A stretch of 64,000 nt of DNA, from positions 186,001-250,000 of the forward strand of contig NIVC01001413.1 in assembly GCA_002269645.1 (NCBI GenBank), written 5' to 3'. Position numbers and translations under genes: made by a program. Positions 14,401 through 26,040 of this stretch are shown piece by piece (positions within the stretch are counted from its first letter, which is position 1; each line of letters starts with the position of its first letter). The notes under the pieces were generated by a model that saw only the letters and a program-made list of their open reading frames with translations, did no database searches and was not told the DNA's origin. The stretch comes from Macrostomum lignano. Taxonomy: Eukaryota.

Positions 14401-15420
14401 CAATTTGATTTGGGGCATGAATGCACCAGAATATTTTCGGACAAAATATTTTCGTCATCGAAAGCAGAACCAATAAAAACAAAAATACTCTTACCTGGCT
14501 GTGGCAAAAGAACAGTGCTTTTGCTGCTGAGCCTACTTGGCGAAACTGTTGGTGACTGTAGCTGCTGCTGGGCGCAACAGCAGAAGCGACTTAATCCGGT
14601 CGCAGCGGCGGCAGTAGTCCCAGAATCCTGGGCAGCGGCAGCGGCGGCGGAACATATGGCTTTCTCCAGCTTATTCAACGAGAAGTGAAACTAGCGGTTG
14701 AACGAGCATAGCGCATTATATGATTCATGTATATGTATATTTATGTATAGAAAGCGTATATAATCCTACTAACTACTATAGAGGGGATCGTATAGTCTAT
14801 GGCTGCTGAAAAAGTCTCACACGAGAAGCTGTGCATCTTTAGTAAGACTATGCTACAGGCAGCTCCACTTCTGCCCAATAAATTGTCTATGGTCGAATCT
14901 ATGCTGTACATCTTGCTTTTAAAGTTTAAAAGCTCTGTCGATATTTTCAGGGAACGTAAGGAACGAAAAGTACAATTATAAGGAACGCTGTACAGCCTGT
15001 GTGAGAGTGTGTGTGTCGAGTGCGTACTTTCGTACAATATTGGCAACGAAAAGAAGCTACATGTACAAGAAGCAATAATTTCAGATTAAATTTTAAAATA
15101 TATTAAATAAACCCATTCAATTCGCCAATGGCCTACACTGTTACCATGAAATCTTTCAGGAGAATCAATCTACGAGCTTAGGTTAAATTTTTAGAGGATT
15201 TTTTTCTCAAATTTCCATGCGTCATTCCTAAATTATCCACTTTGAGTAACAAGTTTGAAAGGAATTTATTATTTTAAATCTGAAACAAATTTGATCTCTT
15301 TATAACCCTATGAAAGGTAAAAAATATTACAGGAGGTATCGATAGTCGATAGTTGTTTTTTATTTAAAATGCAAAATGTTGGATTTTAAAGGAATTGGAT
15401 TCCAAAGGAATTTGGAACTT

Positions 15421-16452
15421 TGTCCCAAAAGTTCCCGGAACGTCCAACGCAGCTCTCCAACGGAGCCATGATGTCCCACGCCCTTGGTGTCAAATGAAAG
15501 GAAGTTTTGTCACGAAGAAAATGAAGTTAAAAGCATGTTGATATCTGTTTTTATTCAGGAGCTGCAGCAAGAAACGTGCGCGAAGGTCAGGGGTAGTGTT
15601 ACACAACCTCAAAAATCTATGGCAATGATTTTAAACAATAAAACACAGAACATTTCATACCGTTGATGAATCCTTGGGACATGCACCGATTCAAAATTCA
15701 AAGCGAATCGTCAAGCTCAGCCTGCGGCTTCTCCACGTAGTCCCCATTCAGCTGAATACACCTCTGCCACTTTGAAAGCATGCCGTCGATGGCCTGGGCA
15801 AAAACAGTTCGAGGCATTTCATGATGCAGGATGACGCGACGAGTGAAGCCTTCAAGTTCACTGCGGTTCTGGAACACCGGCTACGAATTTTCTGGACCGT
15901 CTCTAAAGCGTTCGATCCATTCGTAAATGGCAGTTTTTTTCAGGCTGTTCTCACCGTGGATGGAGAATAAGTGGTCAGAAATCTTGGCTCCACTCCATCC
16001 TACTGACCAAAGGACAAAAACTTGACTTCGCTGACTTTCGAGGCTCTGAAGAGAACCCAATTTGGCAAAGAGATTTCAAGTTGAAAGCAAGCGCTTGGTA
16101 AGAATTATCTGCACTCGCGCAAAAGCTCAGATTAGCTTAATGAGCATTTCTGCTTTTTCCATAGACACTACCACGTCTTTCTGAGACGTTAGTAGCACGA
16201 ATTCAAAATGAAAATATCCAAAAACAAAGATGAAAAATTATTTTCAGTGATATGTGAGGTTGTGTAACAGTACCCCTGACCTTTGCGCACGTTTCTTGCT
16301 GCAGCTCCTGAATAAAAACAGATATCAACATGCTTTTAACTTCATTTTCTTCGTGACAAAACTTCCTTTCATTTGACACCAAGGGCGTGAAACATCATGG
16401 CTCCGTTGAAGAGCTACGTTAGACATTCCGGGAACTTTTGGGACACCCCTCG
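15421..16452 (-). mobile_element. Internally deleted mariner (Tc1/mariner) element with about 190-bp TIRs
   Basis: Inverted repeats 15421-15612 and 16256-16452; the right end reads TA|CGAGGGGTGTCCC on the minus strand. Minus-strand remnants: GENSLKKTAIYEWIERFRDG (N-terminal HTH) and MLSKWQRCIQLNGDYVEK (mariner C-terminus). The catalytic core is missing. Confidence 0.88.
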
Positions 16453-17204
16453 TATGTCAGTTATTTAACATCAATAAAAAAAATTAAAGCACTGCGAACA
16501 GAGGACACAATAATTTGAAGGTCTGAAGTACCATCGATAAATCATTACTATATAGTCATGTCTCTATTAGAACCACATAGATTACACATGCATACATTTA
16601 AGAGAGAGTAAAGTCGCTCTACTAGACACAAGTTTGCAGTTAAGCGTATTGATCCTCCGAGTAATTTGATTTGTTAAACCGCAGGTTGATCACTGCTTGG
16701 CCTTTTCCTTCTGAAAATTCAAATTCGTGGCTTGTGATTATATTTTCGCGTTTACTATAAGCAAGAACCATACGACGGGGGTGCTGAGATGCCAATGATC
16801 AAGACATAGTCGTATGTTAGCTATTGCTTTATAAACCCGACAGAGCCACAGGAGGTGCAGCTAAGGATGTCAAGGGCTTAAGCTACGGACCCTGAATAGT
16901 ATAGAATGTCTTCTACTATTGCACGATTAGGTTTAGTAGTAGATCTACTATCCAGGGGTTCGTGGCTTAAGCTAAATGGCAAACTGCAAATTGGAGTCAG
17001 CACTGGCACTAAAAAGCTCTGGATATATCTATATACCTCGAAAAGGCTTAAAAAGACGTCAATCAAACCGAAAAAAATCCAATTTTCCTGCTGATATGTA
17101 AAACCTTTTCGAAAAAACTTGCTGTCCCTACAGCTGAATTAATTACTAATCAAACGGATTGAATAAACGATAAATAGTTGGTCGGGAGGAGTCGATTGCC
17201 GTGG

Positions 17205-17510
17205 AGGTGCGGTGTAGCCCAGAGGGCTGGCGCTGCGCTCTAATGTGCCAGCGACCCAGGCTCGATTCCAAAGGCAAATCCAAGGGCTAAATTGGAATCT
17301 CGGCTTCGCCCTACTCGCGCAGTTAACGCCCTTGAGAGCCAACCCCCCAAGGCAAAGTGAAGTTTACATGCCTAACGATAAATAAACTTACGTACGCATC
17401 TAAGCGCTTGTGTGCCTACTCAGGGGAATGGACAGTAATGCCTCTCGCCCGTTGTGTGACAATATGACTTATAGAGTTCGACAGGCTGCACACACACCCT
17501 GCCTCTGAAA
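17205..17510 (+). mobile_element. tRNA-derived SINE, family A
   Basis: A-box-like TAGCCCAGAGG, B-box GGCTCGATTCC and the shared body; carries an internal deletion. Confidence 0.85.
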
Positions 17511-17663
17511 AAATCATTAAAAGTAACTTTGAGGTCAATTCGACTGGAAGCACCAATTGCGTCCCATCCAGGTGCAATCTTTGGGGGCCCCTTGCGATAA
17601 AGGGGATAATAAAGATTTCATGTGAGCTGAAGACTACTAATGGTTTTACATCCTTTGTCTCAC

Positions 17664-19183
17664 CTCTTTAGAATTCCCAGACAGAGCAAAAGCCAAGATC
17701 CCTACGGCTGCGGCAATTCCAACTCCAACTCCAACTTCTACGGCTCCTTTTGCCTGCCAGGTTATGCCGTCCTCATCCGGGTTGCACTTGGCTCGAATCC
17801 GATGCGTACCGTTCCAGCAGTTGTCAGTGAACAGTCCATAGTCGCTGCCGCAAGAGTCGAACAAGTCCTCCAGAGTGATGCCGGGATCGACCTTACCAAT
17901 GGGCCGGATTAGTTCCCAATCGCGAATGTCTTTTCGAGTTATTTCAACAATTCGGCATTCGCCTTCTCGGTATCTGGCGGGAAAGTTGATGTCGTCGTGC
18001 GGGCCACCTGGAGCCCGAGGTGTTATAGCAATAAAATTAACAGGGAGAACTAGAATTTTCCCTGGTATCTTGACGTAACAACCGCGTTCTATGGTATCTT
18101 TTTGAAGGTCGAATCCTACGAGACGAGAAAAGATTCCAGTTTTTTTTAATACCAAACTGTCAATATCTGATTGTCAAGGCTTCAATCAAACACCAACAAA
18201 AGCTGTATGTGCTTGATTGGAGGTTGAATAAACCGGTACAAGCTTGTTGAATTCCTTCTTTAACTTCTGGAAGTGGGAAACGCGAAAGTTCTGTGTGCTC
18301 TCTAAATGCATCTTTGCAACAATGCACTGTATCGTTAAAAACCAATCATCATGGAGCGTTAATTGTGCTCCAATTTAGCGTTTTTTCAGACTCCAGCAGT
18401 ATTTTTCTTCAATTTGAGTTGATGAACTTACAGAGCACCTTGAAACCAAGCAAATGCAGAATTCGGCTGTCGAATTACTGTTCATCGAACGTGGGGTTTA
18501 CCTCCAGATAATTCAGTTAACTTGTGATGATCCTTAAAGCTAAAGTTTAAGCTATAGGTAGTGCTCTGTATTGATTGGTTGAACGAGTTACACTCTCATC
18601 AATGCATCAGGGCTTACATTTTGTGGGACCGAAATGCAATACACAATAAATTTATATAACGTTTTAAGTGCATTGCAAGCAAGGTCTTTTGGGTTGAAAA
18701 AGATCTTGGTTCTTTAATAATCAAGGTCTATAGGATTATAATGTTCAAAGCCTACAAGGTCTGTTACAGAATGAACTATAACTATTTTTATATTAGTTAA
18801 TTTTACTGCCTTTTGGCAACTCTGTGCGATTAGTTTGGTCATGGGTCATGGCTCTAAATCGAGTTATAAAATAAAAGTTTTAACACACGTAGAAACCGAG
18901 CAAAGCCAAATAAAATATCAAACAATATACATGCGACTGAAATGAATGAAAGGATTCGTTTCTAAACTATAAAAAATATTACTCGAAACTCACCCTTCTC
19001 AATGAGATAGAGTCTACCGTTCTCAGTGGTAGCAACAGCCGCTTCGTGAACTAAGCCTAGAAGGGCACCAAACTGGCCCATAGAATACAATGGTCGCTTG
19101 TAGATATCCCCTTTGATGACGACTTGGTCTAGATCGATGCCGCAGTGCTTTCGACGAAGCTGTCGTTTCTCTTTGTCTGCCAT
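17664..19183 (-). CDS. LRAT/PPPDE-like His-Cys protein, paralog 2
   Basis: Exon 1 19183-18994 and exon 2 18007-17664, phase 1. VHEAAV and DYGLFTDNCW are retained, as is the hydrophobic tail. Confidence 0.75.
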
Positions 19184-19734
19184 CGTTCATAAACGCTCGT
19201 AAGATCAAATCTATAATGTTTTTATGTTCTGTGACTATGAAGATCGAGATCTGTTATAGCTTGGCTGCCGAATTCTGGTTGCCGAATTATGGCACAGAGT
19301 GACTGCTTGCCTTCGTCTTGCTCGCCCAACCGCCTGCGCTGTCTAAATAGTTCGCATGAAAGCTAGCAAGAAAATGAAAGTTATCGCCGAGGCCTATAGG
19401 AAGCAAGTTCGAGGCTTATGCTTCAGACCATAGACTAAAATAAACAGCTATTTATACCCGGTTTGGCCAATTGTACATTGAACATTGTACATTTTAACCA
19501 TAGAGAAATTTTGATTTGATGCAGTTTAGGAAAACGACTGTGTTAGGCATGGATGAAGGAATACATGCAGTGTATTCCTTCATCCATGGTGTTAGGTATA
19601 TAAGAATAAGTGGTTGTCTCTACTAATCCTTAATTTTTATCTGCAACGTTTTCAAGTTCAATATTTGTAACAAACCTGTGACGTTGACAGCGTCGGTTTT
19701 AAATCACAGTCGGAAGGCAAAGCTGTCTTTAGGC

Positions 19735-21045
19735 GGTAGAGAGAAGGAGAGAGAAGGAAAGAGAATTGGAGAGAGGTGGCAGGGAGAAGGAAAGAGAATT
19801 GGAGAGAGGTGGCAGGGAGAAGGAAAGAGAATTGGAGAGGTGGCAGAGAGAAGGAAAGAGAATTGGAGAGAGGTGGCAGAGAGAAGGAAAGAGGAGAGAG
19901 GTGGCAGAGAGAAGGAAAGAGGAGAGAGGCGGTAGGGAGGAGAGAGAAGGAGAGAGGCGGCAGGGAGGAGAGAGAAGGAGAGAGGCGGCAAGGAGAAGGA
20001 GAGAGAAGGAGAGGCGGCAGGGAGGAGAGAGAAGGAGAGAGGCGGCAGGGAGGAGAGAGAAGGAGAGAGGCGGCAAGGAGAAGGAGAGAGAAGGAGAGGC
20101 GGCAGGGAGGAGAGAGGAGAAAGGCGGCAGGGAGAAGGAGAGAGAATTGGAGAGAGGTGGCAGGGAGAAGGAAAGAGAATTGGAGAGGTGGCAGAGAGAA
20201 GGAAAGAGAATTGGAGAGAGGTGGCAGAGAGAAGGAAAGAGAATTGGAGAGAGGTGGCAGAGAGAAGGAAAGAGGAGAGAGGTGGCAGAGAGAAGGAAAG
20301 AGGAGAGAGGCGGTAGGGAGGAGAGAGAAGGAGAGAGGCGGCAGGGAGGAGAGAGAAGGAGAGAGGCGGCAAGGAGAAGGAGAGAGAAGGAGAGGCGGCA
20401 GGGAGGAGAGAGAAGGAGAGAGGCGGCAGGGAGGAGAGAGAAGGAGAGAGGCGGCAAGGAGAAGGAGAGAGAAGGAGAGGCGGCAGGGAGGAGAGAGAAG
20501 GAGAGAGGCGGCAGGGAGGAGAGAGAAGGAGAGAGGCGGCAGGGAGGAGAGAGAAGGAGAGAGGCGGCAAGGAGAAGGAGAGAGAAGGAGAGGCGGCAGG
20601 GAGGAGAGAGAAGGAGAGAGGCGGCAGGGAGAAGGAGAGAGAAGGAGAGAGGCGGCAGGGAGGAGAGAGAAGGAGAGAGGCGGCAAGGAGAAGGAGAGAG
20701 AAGGAGAGGCGGCAGGGAGGAGAGAGAAGGAGAGAGGCGGCAGGGAGAAGGAGAGAGAAGGAGAGAGGCGGCAGGGAGGAGAGAGAAGGAGAGAGGCGGC
20801 AGGGAGGAGAGAGAAGGAGAGAGGCGGCAAGGAGAAGGAGAGAGAAGGAGAGGCGGCAGGGAGGAGAGAGAAGGAGAGAGGCGGCAGGGAGAAGGAGAGA
20901 GAAGGAGAGAGGCGGCAGGGAGGAGAGAGGCGGCAGGGAGGAGAGAGGCGGCATGGAGGAGGAGAGAGGAGAGGCGACAGGGAGAAGGAGAGAGGAGAGA
21001 GGCGGCAGGAAGAAGGAGAGAGGAGAGAAGCGGCAGGGAGGAGAG
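19735..21045. repeat. Purine-rich (GA) compound minisatellite, about 1.3 kb
   Basis: Units such as GGCGGCAGGGAGGAGAGAGAAGGAGAGA. The long ORFs in six frames come from the repeat. Confidence 0.95.
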
Positions 21046-22589
21046 AAGCCCTTGCCCTCTCGCAATTATAAAATACATACGAAGTGAAGATTTTTGCCAA
21101 GTTTCAAACTAAAAGTTAGACTTTCTGCACTTCCCCGTCCTTTTGAAGCAGCCATCAGCAACAATGAGTTCATACTAGGGTCATGCGCGGACACCAAGGA
21201 CTTTGCTCCCCCCTTGCTCTTTGCTCAGTTAAACGTAGAAGAGATTACGGGACTGAATTGTCTCCTGCTATGCAAAATGTGCATTGATACATTTCTATTG
21301 TGCTCGGATAGAATCTTAAGGAAACCAAACCATTTCTCACTAAGGTTTCATGCCTCTTACCTCCCGCCAATCAGAATAGCCATGGAGTAGATGCTTTCTC
21401 AGAGTTTAAAGGAAACTCAGATACACACAATTACCCTCATCTCTCTCTCACTCTCACTTTGAAGGTCTTTCGACTTGGATTCTGTAATCCTGTGTGAGAA
21501 GCTTTCCAACAACAAGTTGCATACGTACATGTAGTTCTTTCATTTTTTAGTTCTTCTGTTAGAGAATTTTAGACCAATGGGATTCCCTATTTTGCATCAA
21601 AGAAAAGATCGCAATATGTTACGGATTGCATTTTAATCAGATATTGAATAAACGCATTAAATCTGGCGATGCTTACCCATTCATTATTATGGGATCTTTC
21701 AGGAGAATCAATGGTACGAGCTGGGTAAACTTTTTTAAAGAGCATTCTGTTTTTTATTCTTGATATTCAATGCGTCATTTCTCCAATATCTGCTTTGCGT
21801 AATATTTTTGAAATGAATCGTTTATTTAAAATCAAAATCGGCTGACATCTTTGAAAATTGAAATATTGTGAAAGGTAAAATATTACAAGATCATTTTTGC
21901 AAACAAGGCAGTTAACGGCAGTCCATCGTTGGTTTTCTTGTCAGATAAGTAAGGATGCAATTTTTGAGCGATTAATAACCAATATAGCACGAGATGCGGT
22001 GCGTTGGCGCTTTTTTAGTATCAATAATAGAGAAAAAACAAAAAAAACACAACGAACGGAGGATTTACTAATGTGAAATATGCATCGCATAGTCATGTCA
22101 GTATTAGATTACACATGCACTATACATATAAGACAGAGGAGTCGCTCGATATCACTTCAGAGACCGAAACTGGCACAAGTTTGCAGCTAAGCGTGTTGAT
22201 CCTCCGAGCAATTTGATCTGCTAAACCGCAAGCTGATCACTGCTTGGCTTTTTCCTTCTGAAAATTCAAATTGGTAAGAGCGTATAGCTTGTGAAATATA
22301 TTATTAGCAATAAATATATGCTAGGTGTCACTTCATGAACCTGAAAAATTCAGCAAAACATTTTTCACGCTTTTTTAGTGTACTGTATCAATCTCCATCA
22401 GACTCTCATCTCAAGCTGACAACAAATACCAGTAAGTCCGTGGACGACGAGTAAATAAGCAGGAGATGCAGAAGAAATCGGTGAAAGAGATGATTTAGAT
22501 TGAACTCTGAAGCCATATGGACAAGTGTTTGATGAAGACAGAGCCCGCCTTCGTGACGCACACGACGACAACGGGCAGAATTTATTTTT

Positions 22590-22826
22590 TTTATTAGAGG
22601 CAGGGGGGTTGTGTGCACCCTGGCGCACTTTAAGCGACTTAGGCACACAACCGGCGAGAGGCATTACTGCCCATTCCGCCGACTCCCCTGAGCAGGCACA
22701 CAAGCGCGCGGATACGTACGCAGGCACACACTCACACAGGAGTGTACAGCGGCCCTAACTTTATATTATCGTTAGGCATGTACACTTCACTGCGCCTTGG
22801 GGGGGTTGGCCCTCAAGGCCGTTAAG
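22590..22826 (-). mobile_element. SINE family A, 5'-truncated copy
   Basis: Matches the 3' two-thirds of the 41905-42265 copy and has an A-rich tail. Confidence 0.85.
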
Positions 22827-23060
22827 AACGGGCAGGAGGATTATGTCCATCTGGTGCGACTAAAGAACATCAAAAGACCCCACATCAAAAGCGAGCCAAA
22901 GGTGGAAGAATTAAAAGTAAGAAAGAAAGAAACACCGTTGGCGTCCCATCCAATCATTGGTATCATTAAAATTCCAGGAGATAAATGAATGATGATGGGA
23001 TTTCATGTGACCTCAAGGCTCTGTAATGGGTTCTACATCCTGTCCCCTGTGAAGTCTCAC

Positions 23061-24097
23061 CTCTTTAGAATTCCCAGACAGAGCAAAAGCCAAGATCCCT
23101 ACGGCTGCGGCAATTCCAACTCCAACTCCAACTCCTACGGCTCCTTTTTCCTGCCAGGTCATGCCGTCCTCATCCGGGTTGCACTTGGCTCGAATCCGAT
23201 GCGTGCCGTTCCAGCAGTTATCGGTAGCCAGTCCGTAGTCGCTGCCGCACGAGTCGAACAAGTCCTCCAGAGTGATGCCGGAATCGACCTTACCAACTGG
23301 CCGGATTAGTTTCCAATCGCGAATGTCTCGTCGAGTGATTTCTACAATTCGGCATTCGCCTTCTCGGTATCTGGCGGGAAAGTTGATGTCGTCGTTGGGC
23401 GAGACACCTGGAGCCGGAGGTGTTACAGCAATAAATTTAGCAAGGAGGGAGCACTAGAATCTACAGTGGTATCTGGACGTAACACTCGTATTCTATAATA
23501 TAATTATGAAGACTGAAATTGACGAAATCATTTTTTGTAACCAGACACTACATCGTTTGAAAGCTGTTCATCAAAAGACGTTAATTGTGCTCCATTTCGT
23601 CATTTTGTATTTTAAGCTAGGTAGTGATCCATATTGATTGCTTAAATGAGTTAAAGCAAGTAAATCAAGTACTGTATCAGTGCTACATTTAGTGGGTCAA
23701 AAAGGCCATAATGCACGTAAATTAATATATTAGTGTGTCATATTAATGGTCTTTTGGGTTAGGTCAAACATTTGAACAACCATAAGCCCAAACTGGTTTA
23801 TTCAAAGCTAAACCAAATAAAGTTTCTAATCTTATTGATGCGACTAAAATATCTGAGAACTCGTTTCTAAACTACGAGCGTAAGCTATGATACCTGAAAC
23901 TCACCCTTCTCAATGAGATAGAGTCCACCGTTCTCAGTAGTAGCAACAGCTGCTTCGTGAACAAAGCCGAGAACGGCACCAGACTTGCTGCCCACAGAAT
24001 ACAATGGTCGCTTGTAAATGTCTACTTTAATGACCACTTGGTCTAGATCGATGCCGCAGTGCTTTCGATGAAGCTCTCGTTTCTTCTTGTCCGCCAT
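23061..24097 (-). CDS. LRAT/PPPDE-like His-Cys protein, paralog 3
   Basis: Exon 1 24097-23905 and exon 2 23407-23061, phase 1, open frame throughout. FVHEAAV and DYGLATDNCW present. Confidence 0.75.
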
Positions 24098-25340
24098 CGG
24101 ATATGTAATATCGAGTTCAATGTTATGGTTCTTTTTCTCTGAAGATTGAAAGCGGAAAGCTGTGTTAGTTTGTGCTTTACTAGTCAATATCGCCTGGAAA
24201 TTGCATGCTTTTAGTTCCCTTTTACACAGTTGAACCACCCCACATGGAAAGAGGGGTCGGCGCTGTTAGATAGTGTACGTACACTAGCACTAAAAATAGT
24301 ACATATGCACATAAAGCTACATGCATATTCAGATCGAGAAAAGCAGACAAGGAGACGAAAGTCAAGAAATTTCATTGGAGTACATTGTTCGCGTACATTT
24401 ACGCTCGTACATACAGACAGACAGACAGAAGTAAGAAAGAGAGCAAGCAATATGTTCGTGCTTCGTAAAGCACATAAACCTAACCTACTCGCCTATGTCA
24501 GATATGCTAGCACAGTAAATGTTATAATCTGACATGTTTGAATCAACATAGACATTCGTTTGATAATAGAAAAAAAGATAACAGACTCGCGCCTAGTATT
24601 AAGTGAAAATTCATGGCTTTATTAAAAACGGGTTTAATGTATTTCAAAACGTTTTGCAATACTCTTCAGAAAATGGACCACAGATACGATTAAAAGACCC
24701 TTAGTTACTGATACTACTTTCGATTGGGCGACTGTCAGGAGTTTTTTGGATTATTTTGTTCGTGTCAAGAAATTAATTTTAGATGTAGTCGTACGAGTAT
24801 AAGCACCAGGGCGCCAGCACCAGGGGCGCCATATGCATATAGAGGACCGCACTAAAGCCTTGAGAATTTTCAAAGCAAAAATGCTTTTTAATACGCGTTA
24901 TTCACCATGAAAATAATTCTAAAAATATTTTACGCTTTTGAGTTATAAAATCAAACTTCTGTAGGAAACATTCACAATATACTAAATCTCTAAGATCTTA
25001 TTATACTCATATTCATGCATCTAAAATAGTTCATCTGTTGCGCAAGTTGTTATACGAGATGACAGTAGGTAGGTTAACGGGTGCAAGTTCAGGAAGAAAA
25101 CTTCATAATATGCGGTGAGAGTAGTGCAGTATGATATTATGCAATCGCTTTTAAGGTTACACGGTGCAGAAGGCAGGTATTCCCGTTGTGTATGAAAATC
25201 GGCCACTCATTTACGAGCGTAACAGCAATAGAGACGAAAAATCATTTTAAGAGTATTACATAACTTTGCTGAGAGTTTAATGTCTATATATTTAGAAACG
25301 TCAAACTTTAAATCATCTGAGAGCTCTCAGTCAACCAGCG

Positions 25341-26040
25341 ATGGCAGACGAACCGACAAGAGAGTTCAGACGAAAACACTCCAGTGTGGACCTGCAGCAG
25401 ATTGTGATCAGTCTTGACCTGTACAACCGGCCTCTGAACGGCAAGGGAGGCAAGTCGGTCACCTTATTCGGGTTTGTTCACGAAGCAGCAGGCTCTAAAG
25501 GGCGTTAATTGCGGGAGCAGAGCCAAGGTGAGATTCTAATTTAGCCCCAAAAATTAATGTGACTGCACTTGGAATCGAGACTGGATCGCTGGCACATAAG
25601 GATTGCAGCGCTAGACCAGTGAGCTACGGCTCCCCTCTTGGCTTTGGTGTTGGGCTGTTCTGCACTTTTAGATGTAGGCTGTATAGTTTTCCACTTCGAG
25701 AGTAACACTGAAGCATCCAAGTGAGATTATTAAAATACAACGCGCACTTTGCAGGCGTCAGCAAAGACTTTGACATCGACTATCCAGTTAGGTATCGCGA
25801 AGGCGAATGTCGCATTGTAGAAATTTCCAGACGCGACACTCACGACTGGATGCATATCAGGAAAGCGAAGTGTTCAACCGAGCGTCACACTGGAGGACCT
25901 GTTCGACTACTGCGGCAGCGACTACAATCTGCTGGCGGACAACTGTTGGAACGTTGGCGTCCACAGGATGCGGACCACGTCCTGCCGTGGCGATCGGTTT
26001 GTTGACCATGGCCCTGTCGGACAGTTCTAAGGAGAAGACG
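25341..26040 (+). pseudogene. Inverted, diverged fourth paralog of the LRAT-like family (pseudogene)
   Basis: MADEPTREFRRKH...GFVHEAA is cut off by a SINE at 25491. Exon 2 (25755-26040) reads VRYREGECRIVEIS..., frameshifts, then VTLEDLFDYCGSDYNLLADNCWN, has a deletion, and ends at a GTAAGG donor. Confidence 0.85.
25491..25637 (-). mobile_element. SINE family A, 5' (tRNA) half only
   Basis: Reverse strand reads GGGAGCCGTAGCTCACTGGTCTAGCGC...GTCTCGATTCCAAGTGCAGTCAC. Confidence 0.85.

Noticed and set aside
19658-21112. ORFs of 430-480 aa in several frames
   Set aside because: They are translations of a GA-rich repeat that lacks stop codons; no coding signal.
21094-21390. 98-aa plus-strand ORF
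   Set aside because: No motif, splice context or recognisable homology.
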